The position numbers were made by a program, and so were the translations under genes. A stretch of DNA of 64,000 nucleotides from contig JBBQRX010000011.1 in NCBI GenBank assembly GCA_038214375.1, positions 5,810 through 69,809 on the forward strand, in the 5' to 3' direction. How positions within the stretch are numbered: the first letter of the stretch is position 1; the number at the start of each line of letters is the position of its first letter. This stretch comes from Candidatus Limnocylindrales bacterium. GTDB taxonomy: Bacteria > Chloroflexota > Limnocylindria > Limnocylindrales > CSP1-4. The notes beneath the pieces are model-generated. The model saw nothing but the letters and a program-made list of their open reading frames with translations. It did no database searches and was not told the origin of the DNA. Shown piece by piece: positions 47,574 through 56,224 of the stretch.

Positions 47574-48044
47574 TCAGGCGGCGAGGACCGCTGCCTCCGT
47601 CTCCGGATCGCCGGGCGCGACGCTCGGCTCCGCCTCGTCGTCATCGTCATCGTCGTCGTCGGGGCGCGCGGCCGGCTCGACGCCGAGCGTGGTGGCCTGG
47701 ACGGCGAGGGCGTCGGCCGCGTAATCCTTCTTGCGCCGGCCCGAGAGCATCTCGACGGCGCTCGCCACGATCTCGGTCTTCCAGTGATGCTGGCCGCGAT
47801 CATCGTCCCACTGCCGAGTCTGGATGCGGCCCTCGATCGCGACGGTCATGCCCTTGCCGAGGTAGCTGGCACAGATTCCGGCGAGTCGGTCCCAGGTGAC
47901 CACCGAGTGAAACTCGGCCTTCTCCTTGCCGTTTCCGATGTACTCGTTCGTTGCGATGGAGAACGTCGTGACGTCCTTCCCGCTCGCGAGCACGCGCAGC
48001 TCCGGGTCTCGCGTGAGGCGTCCGGTGAGCAGAACCTTGTTCAT
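47574..48044 (-). CDS. ssb: single-stranded DNA-binding protein (atypical C-terminus)
   Basis: OB fold MNKVLLTGRLTRDPELR..FHSVVTWDRLAGICASYLGKGMTVAIEGRIQTRQW, then a poly-Asp tract and the ending ..PETEAAVLAA. AGGAGGGA SD upstream. Confidence 0.9.
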   Translation of the reverse strand: MNKVLLTGRLTRDPELRVLASGKDVTTFSIATNEYIGNGKEKAEFHSVVTWDRLAGICASYLGKGMTVAIEGRIQTRQWDDDRGQHHWKTEIVASAVEMLSGRRKKDYAADALAVQATTLGVEPAARPDDDDDDDDEAEPSVAPGDPETEAAVLAA

Positions 48045-48223
48045 CGATCCGATCCCTCCTGGCCGGCCGGGAATCCGGCTCGGCCCTGCGTTTCGCGGCG
48101 GGCGACTCGGCGGGCGGGGCGGCAGGCCCGGATGGACGATCGGTCGGGCCCGCCGTGACGCGCATCCTGGCGGGGGGCGATCACCCCGAACGCACCCGGC
48201 ATTGCACGCGCGCTTATCCGCGG

Positions 48224-48286
48224 TTCCGGGTGACGAGGCGAGACTTCCGGGTGACGGGGCGAGATTTCCGGGTGACGAGGCGAGTC
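48224..48286. repeat. 3 tandem 21-bp direct repeats TTCCGGGTGACGRGGCGAGAY
   Basis: Read directly: 48224-48244, 48245-48265 and 48266-48286 (2-3 mismatches). They lie between the stop of the GGDEF/HD-GYP gene and the ssb start. Confidence 0.9.
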
Positions 48287-48353
48287 CGGGGGATGCTCCA
48301 CGACCGGCGTCCGTCGCGGGAAACGCAGAAGGCGGATCCGGGTCGGCGGGCGG

Positions 48354-49894
48354 TCAGCTCGCGGCGGCGGCCGTGTCGACGCCGCGATGGGACGCCCTCG
48401 GCGCATGGGACACGATCCCGCGGACCATCGCCGCGTCCGCCACCGGTCGCTCGGCCGCGAAGAGGTCGCAGAAGACGGTCACCAGCTCGGGGTCGAACTG
48501 CGTGCCCGCGTGGCGCTGGATCTCGCGGATCGGTGGCTCATCGCGCGCTTGTACGGGCGGTCGGCGGTCATCGCGTCGTAGGCGTCGGCGAGGGACACGA
48601 TCCGCGCCCCGAGCGGGATCTCGGAGCCGCGGAGGCCGTACGGGTAGCCGTGCCCGCCGAACCGCTCGTGGTGGTGGAGGACGATCGGCACCGCGTCGCG
48701 GAGCACCGACGCCTGCTCCAGGATCACCTGGCCGATCCTCGGGTGCTGCACCACCGACTGCCATTCGACCGCCGTGAGCGCGGAGGGCTTCTCGAGAATC
48801 TCCGCCGGCAGAGCCAGCTTGCCGACATCGTGGAGCAGGGCCGCCAGCCTGACGCGATCGACCTCGGCGGCGGGAAGCGCCATCCGGCGGGCCATCGCGA
48901 CCGAGATCGTGGCGATCAGCGCCGAGGCGTGGCCGCGGTGGTTCGGATAGGGCGTCAGGGTGGTCACGAGGGCCTGCTCGGCGGCCAGCCGGGCGAGCTG
49001 GGCCACGTCGGCGGCTCGCGCCCGGCCCTCGCCCGAGATCGGGGCGCGCGGGACCCGGGCGTCGTCGTTCGGCTCGGCGAAGACGTAGACCTGGTTGCGC
49101 CCGAGCGACTTCGCCGAGTACATCGCGGCGTCCGCGTCACGCACCAGCTCGTCGATGTGGAGGTTGCCACCCAGCCCGCCCGCGACCCCGATCGAGACCG
49201 TCACGCTGACGGTCAGCTGGTCGTCGATCCGGAACTTTGCGCCGCCGACGAGCAGCCGGAGCTTCTCCGCGAGCGCCGCCGCGTCCTCCACGCCGGTCTC
49301 CGGGAGGATGAGCATGAATTCCTCGCCACCGTAGCGCCCCACCATGTCCGTGGCCCGCAGGTTTGCCCGCAGCACGTCGGCCACGCCCCGAAGGACGATG
49401 TCACCGGCGTGGTGGCCGTGGGAGTCGTTGACGGCCTTGAAGAGGTCAATGTCCACGAAGCCGACCGATAGTGGCCGGTTGTAGCGCGCGGCCCGTTCGA
49501 CCTCCCCGAAGAGCATGCCCAGGAGCGCCGGGCGGTTCGCGATCGCCGTCAGGCGGTCGACGGTCGCGGCGTCGTGCGTCGTGGCGAGTGTCGCCCCGAG
49601 GTGGGCCACCGCGCGCCCGAGCCTGCCGTCGATGCCGCTTCCCTGTGCCGGCACGGCCGTCGTGAGCTCGCCCGCCGCGATGCGTTCGGCCGCGATCACC
49701 ACGGGGATGACCCGACCCCGGATCCAGATGCTCGCGATCGCGGCGATGACACCGCCGCCGAGGAGCGCGGAGGCGAGAAGGGCAGCCGGTCCGAGCACGC
49801 CGGTCGCGGTGTTGTCGCCCGCGCTCGCGAGGAGCGCGAGGGCGAGGAAGGCGATGGGAGCAAGAAGGCCCAACCCGCTGAGGGCGCGTATCAC
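48354..49894 (-). pseudogene. membrane-anchored diguanylate cyclase (GGDEF) / HD-GYP phosphodiesterase, interrupted by a 1-nt frameshift near 48535
   Basis: Two TM, RYGGEEFMLIL, LHDVGKLALP and HHHERFGGHGYPYGL in track ORF 48479..50299. The conserved HD-GYP end ..IREIQRHAGTQFDPELVTVF continues in another frame (ORF 48354..48764). The span is 1541 nt, which is not a multiple of 3. The 5' start (GTG 49894) is uncertain. Confidence 0.75.
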
Positions 49895-50016
49895 GCCGCC
49901 ACGGTACGCCGCGCGGGGGGCCGAAACGCCCACCCCGAAGGTACTCCCGCTCGCGCCGGAAGTCCGCCCCCGCCCCGTGTCCGACCGGCACGGGCCGGTG
50001 CCCGGAGACCGGCTGG

Positions 50017-50022
50017 TATACT
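50017..50022 (+). promoter_or_regulatory. -10 box TATACT heading the purA leader
   Basis: ggctggTATACTccgcgcg, about 220 nt upstream of the purA ATG. The hexamer is part of GGTATACT, whose reverse complement gives a TATACC box for the divergent gene. Confidence 0.4.
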
Positions 50023-50175
50023 CCGCGCGTCCCGACGCCGCGGGCCGTCCGGCCCCCCGAAGGAGCGAGCGATTGTCCGAGGCCGGCATCTCGGTCATCT
50101 CATGAACCGAGTGGCGAACCGCCCCACCGGGCGCTGCGCGAGCGGTGCCAGCCGACCGGAAAGGGCTACCCATCA

Positions 50176-50215
50176 GGTCCCCGGCGCACGTGCCGAGGGC
50201 CTTTCTCGTTTCTCG
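50176..50215 (+). terminator. terminator-like hairpin plus T-rich tract inside the purA 5' leader (candidate attenuator)
   Basis: GGTCCCCGGC-gcacgt-GCCGAGGGCC (10 bp, one mismatch, one G-U) followed by TTTCTCGTTTCTCG. Ends about 27 nt before the purA ATG. Confidence 0.45.
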
Positions 50216-50241
50216 AAGATGCCACGGGCGGGGGAGCAGCC

Positions 50242-51546
50242 ATGCCGGCCACGGTGATCGTCGGCCTCCAGTGGGGCGACGAGGGGAAGGGCAAGGCAAC
50301 CGACTTCCTGGCCGGGCAGGTCAGCTGGGTGGTTCGCTACCAGGGGGGCGACAACGCCGGCCACACGATCGTGCTCGGCTCCGAGGTGTTCAAGCTCCAC
50401 CTCGTCCCGAGCGGGGTGCTCTACCCGCACATCGTGCCGTTGATCGGGCCGGGAGTCGTCGTCAACCCCGCGACGCTGATCGGCGAGCTGGACGGGTTGA
50501 CGGCACGCGGCGTGGACACGAGCCGCGTCCGCGTCTCGCACGCCTGTCACGTGATCATGCCGTACCACGTCGCCGAGGATCGCGCATCCGAGGCGCGGCT
50601 GGGCCGCGACGGGATCGGCACGACGAGCCGCGGGATCGGGCCGGCCTACGCGGACCGAGCCTCCCGGGTGGGCCTGCGGATGGAGGACCTGCTCGACGAG
50701 ACGGCGCTCCGTCGCAAGCTCACGCGCCTCGTCCCCGACAAGAACGCCTGGCTCGCGCAGCTCGGCGACGAGGGCCGGCCGTTCGCGGTCGAGGCCCTGG
50801 TCGAGTCGGCCGTGAGCTGGGGCCTCCGCCTGCGCGGCCAGATCGCCGACACCACGACCCTCGTGCAGGATGCCCTTCGTGCCGGGGACCACGTGCTCCT
50901 CGAGGGAGCGCAGGGCACCCTCCTGGACCTCGACCACGGGTCGTACCCGTTCGTGACGTCGTCGAACCCGGTGGCCGGCGGCGCATGCACCGGCGGCGGG
51001 ATCGGACCCCTCCAGGTCTCGGCGGTGATCGGGATCATGAAGGCCTACACCACGCGGGTGGGCGCCGGCCCGTATCCGACGGAGCTCCTCGATTCGGTCG
51101 GGGAAGGGATCGCGATGCGCGGCCACGAGTTCGGCACGACGACCGGCCGCCGCCGCCGCGTCGGGTGGTTCGACGCGGTTCCACTTCGGTACGCGGTGGA
51201 CGTCAACAGCGTCAGCAGCATCATCCTCAACAAGCTGGACATCCTCTCGGGGATCGACGAGATCCGCCTCTGCGTCGCGTACGACATCGGGGGCCGGCGC
51301 GTCGAGCGCTGGCCTGCCTCTGCCGAAGAGGTGGCCCGCGCGGTGCCCGTCTACGAGACGTTCCCCGGCTGGCCCGAGGAGATCCACGCGGCCCGGACGC
51401 CCGACGATCTCCCGCCGAACGCGCGTGCGTACGTGGCCGCGCTTGCGGCGCTCGCCGGCGTGCCGATCACGCTCGTCTCGGTCGGGCCGGAGCGGACCCA
51501 GACGGTCATGCTCGACGATCGGCCCCTCGCGGCCGGCCGCGCCTGA
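50242..51546 (+). CDS. purA: adenylosuccinate synthetase
   Basis: QWGDEGKGK, GDNAGHT, GTTSRGIGPAY and GTTTGRRRRVGW. GGGGGAG SD upstream. Confidence 0.96.
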   Translation: MPATVIVGLQWGDEGKGKATDFLAGQVSWVVRYQGGDNAGHTIVLGSEVFKLHLVPSGVLYPHIVPLIGPGVVVNPATLIGELDGLTARGVDTSRVRVSHACHVIMPYHVAEDRASEARLGRDGIGTTSRGIGPAYADRASRVGLRMEDLLDETALRRKLTRLVPDKNAWLAQLGDEGRPFAVEALVESAVSWGLRLRGQIADTTTLVQDALRAGDHVLLEGAQGTLLDLDHGSYPFVTSSNPVAGGACTGGGIGPLQVSAVIGIMKAYTTRVGAGPYPTELLDSVGEGIAMRGHEFGTTTGRRRRVGWFDAVPLRYAVDVNSVSSIILNKLDILSGIDEIRLCVAYDIGGRRVERWPASAEEVARAVPVYETFPGWPEEIHAARTPDDLPPNARAYVAALAALAGVPITLVSVGPERTQTVMLDDRPLAAGRA

Positions 51547-52928
51547 TGGACGGGGCGACGCGAACGCCACGCCGGATCCTGCTGGTCGGCGGGGGTGGCC
51601 GCGAGCACGCCCTGGCGGTCCGGTTGGCCGGTGAGCCCGGGGTCATGGCGATCGTGGCGCTTCCCGGCAGTGATGCGATCGCGCGCGTGCCCGGCGTTTC
51701 GATCGTCGCTGGCGACCCGCTCGACGCGTCCGCGGTCGTGGCGGCCGCCATCGCGGCGCGCGTGGACCTCGCGGTGATCGGACCGGAGGCGCCGCTCGCC
51801 GCGGGCGTCGGGGATGCGCTCGTCGCCGCGGGGATCCCGACGTTCGGCCCGACGGCGGCCGCGGCGCGGATCGAGAGCTCCAAGGCGTTCTGCCACGCGG
51901 TGGCCGACGCGGCCGGGGTGCGGATGGCGCGGGCCGGCGCATTCGCGACGCGCGGTCCCGCGGTGGCCTTCGCGGCCTCGCTCGACGCCGCCGGCTGCGG
52001 GATCGTGATCAAGGCCGACGGCCTCGCGGCCGGCAAAGGCGTGACGGTTTGCGACACGCTCGATGAGGCGGTGGCTGCCATCGACGCCATCTTTGCCGGC
52101 GCCGGCCCCGAGCCGCCCGGACTACCGCGGGTCGTCGTCGAGGAGCGCCTCCGCGGGCCCGAAGCCAGCGTCATCGTGCTCGCTGATGAGACGGCCGCGC
52201 TCGCCCTGCCCGCGGCCCGCGACCACAAGCGTCTCGAGGACGGCGATGCGGGGCCGAACACCGGCGGGATGGGTGCCTACAGCCCGCTGCCGGACCTGCC
52301 GGACGACGACGTATCCGGGGTCGTGGCCGCGTTCCACGTGCCCCTCCTCGCGGAGCTCGCGCGTCGCGGCACGCCGTTCCGCGGCGCCCTCTACGCCGGG
52401 CTGATCCTGACCCAGGGTGGCCCGGTGCTGCTCGAATGCAACGCCCGGTTCGGGGACCCGGAGGCGCAGGTCATCCTCTCCCGCTGTGCCACCCCGCTGG
52501 CGCCGCTCCTGCTGGCCGCGGCGCAGGGCCGGCTGGCCGCGGCCGCTGACGACGCGGGGATCATGGGCCGGCTCCTTCCGTCCAGGCCGGATGCGACGGT
52601 GGGCATCGTCCTCGCGGCCGCCGGATACCCCGAGTCGCCACGGCCGGGCGCCGGGATCGCCGGGCTCACCGAGGCGGAGGCTGGCGGCGCCTCGGTCCTG
52701 CACGCGGCCACTGCCCGAGATGCGGATGGCACGTGGCGAGTCCGTGGTGGGCGGGTGCTCACCGTGGTGGGCAGGGGCGCGGACCTCGCCACGGCCCGGG
52801 CGGCAGCGGAGCACGCCGCCGACCTCATCACGTTCGACGGGCTGCAGCGCCGTCACGACATCGCGGCCGCGTTTCCGAGCGCGCCCGCCCACGATCCCGT
52901 CGCCTCCGCCGGCGGGCAGGTTCGATGA
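51546..52928 (+). CDS. purD: phosphoribosylamine--glycine ligase
   Basis: ATG 51546 shares one base with the purA stop (TGATG). ILLVGGGGREHALA, ECNARFGDPE and an ATP-grasp body. Confidence 0.93.
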   Translation: MDGATRTPRRILLVGGGGREHALAVRLAGEPGVMAIVALPGSDAIARVPGVSIVAGDPLDASAVVAAAIAARVDLAVIGPEAPLAAGVGDALVAAGIPTFGPTAAAARIESSKAFCHAVADAAGVRMARAGAFATRGPAVAFAASLDAAGCGIVIKADGLAAGKGVTVCDTLDEAVAAIDAIFAGAGPEPPGLPRVVVEERLRGPEASVIVLADETAALALPAARDHKRLEDGDAGPNTGGMGAYSPLPDLPDDDVSGVVAAFHVPLLAELARRGTPFRGALYAGLILTQGGPVLLECNARFGDPEAQVILSRCATPLAPLLLAAAQGRLAAAADDAGIMGRLLPSRPDATVGIVLAAAGYPESPRPGAGIAGLTEAEAGGASVLHAATARDADGTWRVRGGRVLTVVGRGADLATARAAAEHAADLITFDGLQRRHDIAAAFPSAPAHDPVASAGGQVR

Positions 52929-54241
52929 TTCGGCGCTACACCCGGGCGGAGATGGGCGCGGTCTGGTCCGAGGAGGCGCGCTTCGATGCCATGCTCCGGG
53001 TCGAGCTGGCGGTCGCGAAGTCCCAGGTCGCGCGCGGCCTGGTGCCTCCCGACGCGTACGCGGCGATCACGCAGCGGGCCCGCGTGGACCTCGTCCGGAT
53101 CGCCGAGATCGAGCGGACCACGGACCACGACGTGATCGCCTTCGTCAGCCAGGTCGCGGAGAGCGTCGGCCCCGAGGGCCGCTTCCTCCACCTCGGCCTG
53201 ACGAGCAGCGACGTGGTCGACACCGGTCTGGCGGTCCAGCTTCGCGCTGCCGGAGCCCTCATCCTGGGCGATGCGGACCGGCTTCTCGCCGCCCTGGTGG
53301 CCCGCGCCCGGGCCGAGGCCGCGACGGTGATGATGGGACGAACCCACTCGGTCCACGCCGAGCCGACGACGCTGGGGCTCAAGCTCGCTGGGTGGGCGTT
53401 CGAGCTCGCCCGCGACCGCGGGCGCCTGGCCCGCGCCTTCGCCGACGTTGCCACCGGGAAGATCTCGGGCCCCGTCGGCACGTACAGCCTGCTCGCCCCG
53501 GACGTCGAGGCCGAGGTCCTCGCCGATCTCGGGCTCGCCAGCGATCCGGTGAGCACCCAGATCGTCCAGCGCGACCGGCACGCCGAGGTGATGACCGCCA
53601 TCGCGATCACCGGCGGCTCGCTCGAGCGCTTCGCGACCGAAGTCCGGAACCTCCAGCACACCGAGATCGGGGAGCTCATGGAGCCGTTTCTGCCGGGCCA
53701 GAAGGGCAGCTCGGCGATGCCGCACAAGCGCAACCCGATCCTGTGCGAGCGCATCGCGGGGCTGGCCCGCCTGCTGCGCGGCTACGCGGGCGTGGCGCTG
53801 GAGAACCAGCCGCTCTGGCACGAGCGCGACATCAGCCACAGCAGCGCCGAGCGGGTGCTGCTCCCGGACGCCACGATCCTCCTCGACTACATGCTCGCGA
53901 AGATGACCGGGCTCGTCGAGGGCCTGGTCGTGCGTCCCGAGCGCATGCGCGAGAACATCGAGCGCGGGCTCGGCCTCCACGCGTCGTCGCGGGTCTTGGT
54001 CGCCCTCGTCGACGAGGGCGGCCTCTCCCGCGAGGAGGCGTACGCGATCATCCAGCGGAATGCGCTGCGGGCCGCCGACGAGCGACGGCCGCTCCGCGAC
54101 CTGCTGGCAACCGACGCGAGCGTCGCGCCGCGCCTCAGCCTTGCGAGCCTGGACGCCTGCTTCGACGACGCAGGGTTCCTCGTGCACGTGCCGACGATCA
54201 TCGCGCGGCTCGACGCTCTCGATCCCGGGATCGGGCGATGA
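52925..54241 (+). CDS. purB: adenylosuccinate lyase
   Basis: ATGA overlap with purD. LGLTSSDVVDT and GSSAMPHKRNP. Confidence 0.95.
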   Translation: MIRRYTRAEMGAVWSEEARFDAMLRVELAVAKSQVARGLVPPDAYAAITQRARVDLVRIAEIERTTDHDVIAFVSQVAESVGPEGRFLHLGLTSSDVVDTGLAVQLRAAGALILGDADRLLAALVARARAEAATVMMGRTHSVHAEPTTLGLKLAGWAFELARDRGRLARAFADVATGKISGPVGTYSLLAPDVEAEVLADLGLASDPVSTQIVQRDRHAEVMTAIAITGGSLERFATEVRNLQHTEIGELMEPFLPGQKGSSAMPHKRNPILCERIAGLARLLRGYAGVALENQPLWHERDISHSSAERVLLPDATILLDYMLAKMTGLVEGLVVRPERMRENIERGLGLHASSRVLVALVDEGGLSREEAYAIIQRNALRAADERRPLRDLLATDASVAPRLSLASLDACFDDAGFLVHVPTIIARLDALDPGIGR

Positions 54242-55173
54242 CGGCGACGGGGACGTTCACGGCCGGGGCCTTCCTCCGCTCGGGCAAGGTTCGCGACCTG
54301 TACGCGGTGGACGCCGAGCGGCTGCTGCTCGTCGCGTCGGATCGGATCTCCGCGTTCGACGTCGTCCTGCCGACGTTGATCCCCGACAAGGGGAAGGTGC
54401 TGACCGGCCTCTCGCGCTTCTGGTTCGCGGAGACGGCCCGGATCGTGCCGAACCATCTCGTCGCGGCGGACGCGGCGTCGCTGCCGCCGACCTGGGCCGG
54501 TCGGGCCCGCGAGCTGCGCGGCCGGATGCTCCTCTGCCGGCGCCTGGCGATGCTCCCCGTCGAGCTGGTCGTCCGCGGCTACCTCGCAGGCGGCGGCTGG
54601 AAGGAGTACGCGGCCACGGGTGCCGTCTCCGGGATCCGGCTGGAACCCGGCCTGCGCGAGGCGGATCGGCTCCCCGCGCCGATCTTCACGCCCTCGACGA
54701 AGGCGGAGGCCGGCCACGACCAGCCGATCTCCTTCGACGGGCTGGTGAAGCTCCTCGTATCGCCCGGGCGGGATGCCGGTGCGCTCGCAGAGCAGGTCCG
54801 CGACGTGGCGCTGCGCCTCTACGCCCACGCTGCCGCGGCCTGCGCGCGGGCGGGGATCATCCTCGCCGATACGAAGTTCGAGATGGGCCTGGCGGGCGAC
54901 GGGATGCTCGTCCTTGCCGACGAGGTCCTCACCCCGGATTCTTCGCGCTTCTGGGACGCAGCCGCGCACGCGCCCGGCGGACCCCAGCCCTCCTACGACA
55001 AGCAGTACGTGCGCGACTGGCTCGATCGCCAGGCATGGGACAGGACCGACCCGGGCCCGGCGCTCCCCGCCGACGTGGTGGCTGGCACCCGTGCCCGCTA
55101 CGTCGAGGCGTTCGAGCGGATCACCGGCGCGAGCTTCACCCGCTATCTCGAGGAGGACGTCATCGCCCGATGA
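54238..55173 (+). CDS. purC: phosphoribosylaminoimidazole-succinocarboxamide synthase
   Basis: ATGA overlap. GKVRDLY, LVASDRISAFD and LADTKFEMG. Confidence 0.95.
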   Translation: MTATGTFTAGAFLRSGKVRDLYAVDAERLLLVASDRISAFDVVLPTLIPDKGKVLTGLSRFWFAETARIVPNHLVAADAASLPPTWAGRARELRGRMLLCRRLAMLPVELVVRGYLAGGGWKEYAATGAVSGIRLEPGLREADRLPAPIFTPSTKAEAGHDQPISFDGLVKLLVSPGRDAGALAEQVRDVALRLYAHAAAACARAGIILADTKFEMGLAGDGMLVLADEVLTPDSSRFWDAAAHAPGGPQPSYDKQYVRDWLDRQAWDRTDPGPALPADVVAGTRARYVEAFERITGASFTRYLEEDVIAR

Positions 55174-55490
55174 ACGCCGAGGTCGTCGCCACGCGCTTCC
55201 GTTTCGCGGTCAACGTGCTCCCCAGGGACGGGATCCTCGACCCGCAGGGCCGGGCCGTCGAGCAGAGTCTCCCGCACCTCGGGCTTGCCGGGATCGGGGC
55301 GATCCGGGTGGGCCGCCGGGTGGAGCTGTCCGTGGACGCGCCCGACGCCGCCGCGGCCCGCAGCCTCGTCGACGAGCTCGCCCGCGAGCTTCTCTGCAAC
55401 CCCCTGATCGAGCAGTACGCGATCGAGCCGCTCGGCGGGATCTCCGCGACACGTGGCAGCTCGAGCGAACCCGGCGGGGCGGACGCGTGA
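55170..55490 (+). CDS. purS: phosphoribosylformylglycinamidine synthase subunit PurS
   Basis: ATGA overlap. 106 aa with [18 protein letters not shown]. Confidence 0.9.
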   Translation: MNAEVVATRFRFAVNVLPRDGILDPQGRAVEQSLPHLGLAGIGAIRVGRRVELSVDAPDAAAARSLVDELARELLCNPLIEQYAIEPLGGISATRGSSSEPGGADA

Positions 55491-56224
55491 ACGTCCGGGT
55501 CGGCGTCGTCGTCTTCCCGGGCTCCAACTGCGACACGGACACCGCCTGGGCACTCCAGCGGGCCGGCGCCGAGCCCGTGGCGCTGTGGCACGAGAGCGCC
55601 GACCTCGATGGGGTCACCGCGGTCGTCCTTCCCGGGGGCTTCGCGTACGGCGACTACCTGCGGGCCGGCGCCATCGCCCGCTTCAGCCCCGTCATGCGGG
55701 CCGTGGCGGAGTTCGCGGCCGGTGGCGGCCTCGTGCTCGGAATCTGCAACGGCTTCCAGGTGCTCGCCGAGGCGGGGCTTCTCCCGGGTGCGCTGCTGCG
55801 CAATCGATCGCTCCGCTTCATCTGCCGGGACGTGACGATCCGGGCCGAGCGCGTCGACACGCCCTTCACGCGCGGAATCCCCGCCGGCGCGGTGCTCCGG
55901 ATGCCGGTCGCGCACGGCGAGGGCTGCTACTACGCCGGCGAGGCGATGCTCGACGACCTGGAGCGCGACGGCGGCGTGCTCTTCCGGTACGTCGACGAGG
56001 ATGGGAGACCCGCCGCGCCCGCGGATCGCGCGAACCCGAACGGGTCGCTCCGGGCGATCGCCGGCGTGATCAACGCCGCCGGGAACGTGGCCGGCCTCAT
56101 GCCGCACCCGGAACGTGCCGCCGATGCCCTGCTCGGTTCGGAGGACGGGATGCTCGTGCTCCGGTCGCTTGTCGAGGCGGCTGGCGCACGGGCCGTCACG
56201 TTCTCGGGCGCGGCGGCCCGGTGA
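55487..56224 (+). CDS. purQ: phosphoribosylformylglycinamidine synthase glutaminase subunit PurQ
   Basis: GTGA overlap. GICNGFQVL (catalytic Cys) and MPHPER. Confidence 0.95.
   Translation: MNVRVGVVVFPGSNCDTDTAWALQRAGAEPVALWHESADLDGVTAVVLPGGFAYGDYLRAGAIARFSPVMRAVAEFAAGGGLVLGICNGFQVLAEAGLLPGALLRNRSLRFICRDVTIRAERVDTPFTRGIPAGAVLRMPVAHGEGCYYAGEAMLDDLERDGGVLFRYVDEDGRPAAPADRANPNGSLRAIAGVINAAGNVAGLMPHPERAADALLGSEDGMLVLRSLVEAAGARAVTFSGAAAR

Noticed and set aside
48041-48406. A 121-codon minus-strand ORF upstream of ssb encoding SPRHPE(I/V) heptad repeats.
   Set aside because: The repeats are simply the 21-bp DNA repeats translated. Third-position G/C bias is clearly weaker than in real genes here, there is no SD, and the ORF starts inside the preceding gene.
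50100-50175. A ZTP (pfl) riboswitch in the purA leader. GAGTGGCGAAC..CCACCGGG..GAGCG resembles GACUGGCGAAC..CCACCGGG..GAGCGACC, which I recall from ZTP aptamers.
   Set aside because: The partner strand of the P2 helix is missing. The matching pieces instead fold into a simple local hairpin. The obligatory 3' CCGCCUGGGC pseudoknot element is not present before the terminator.
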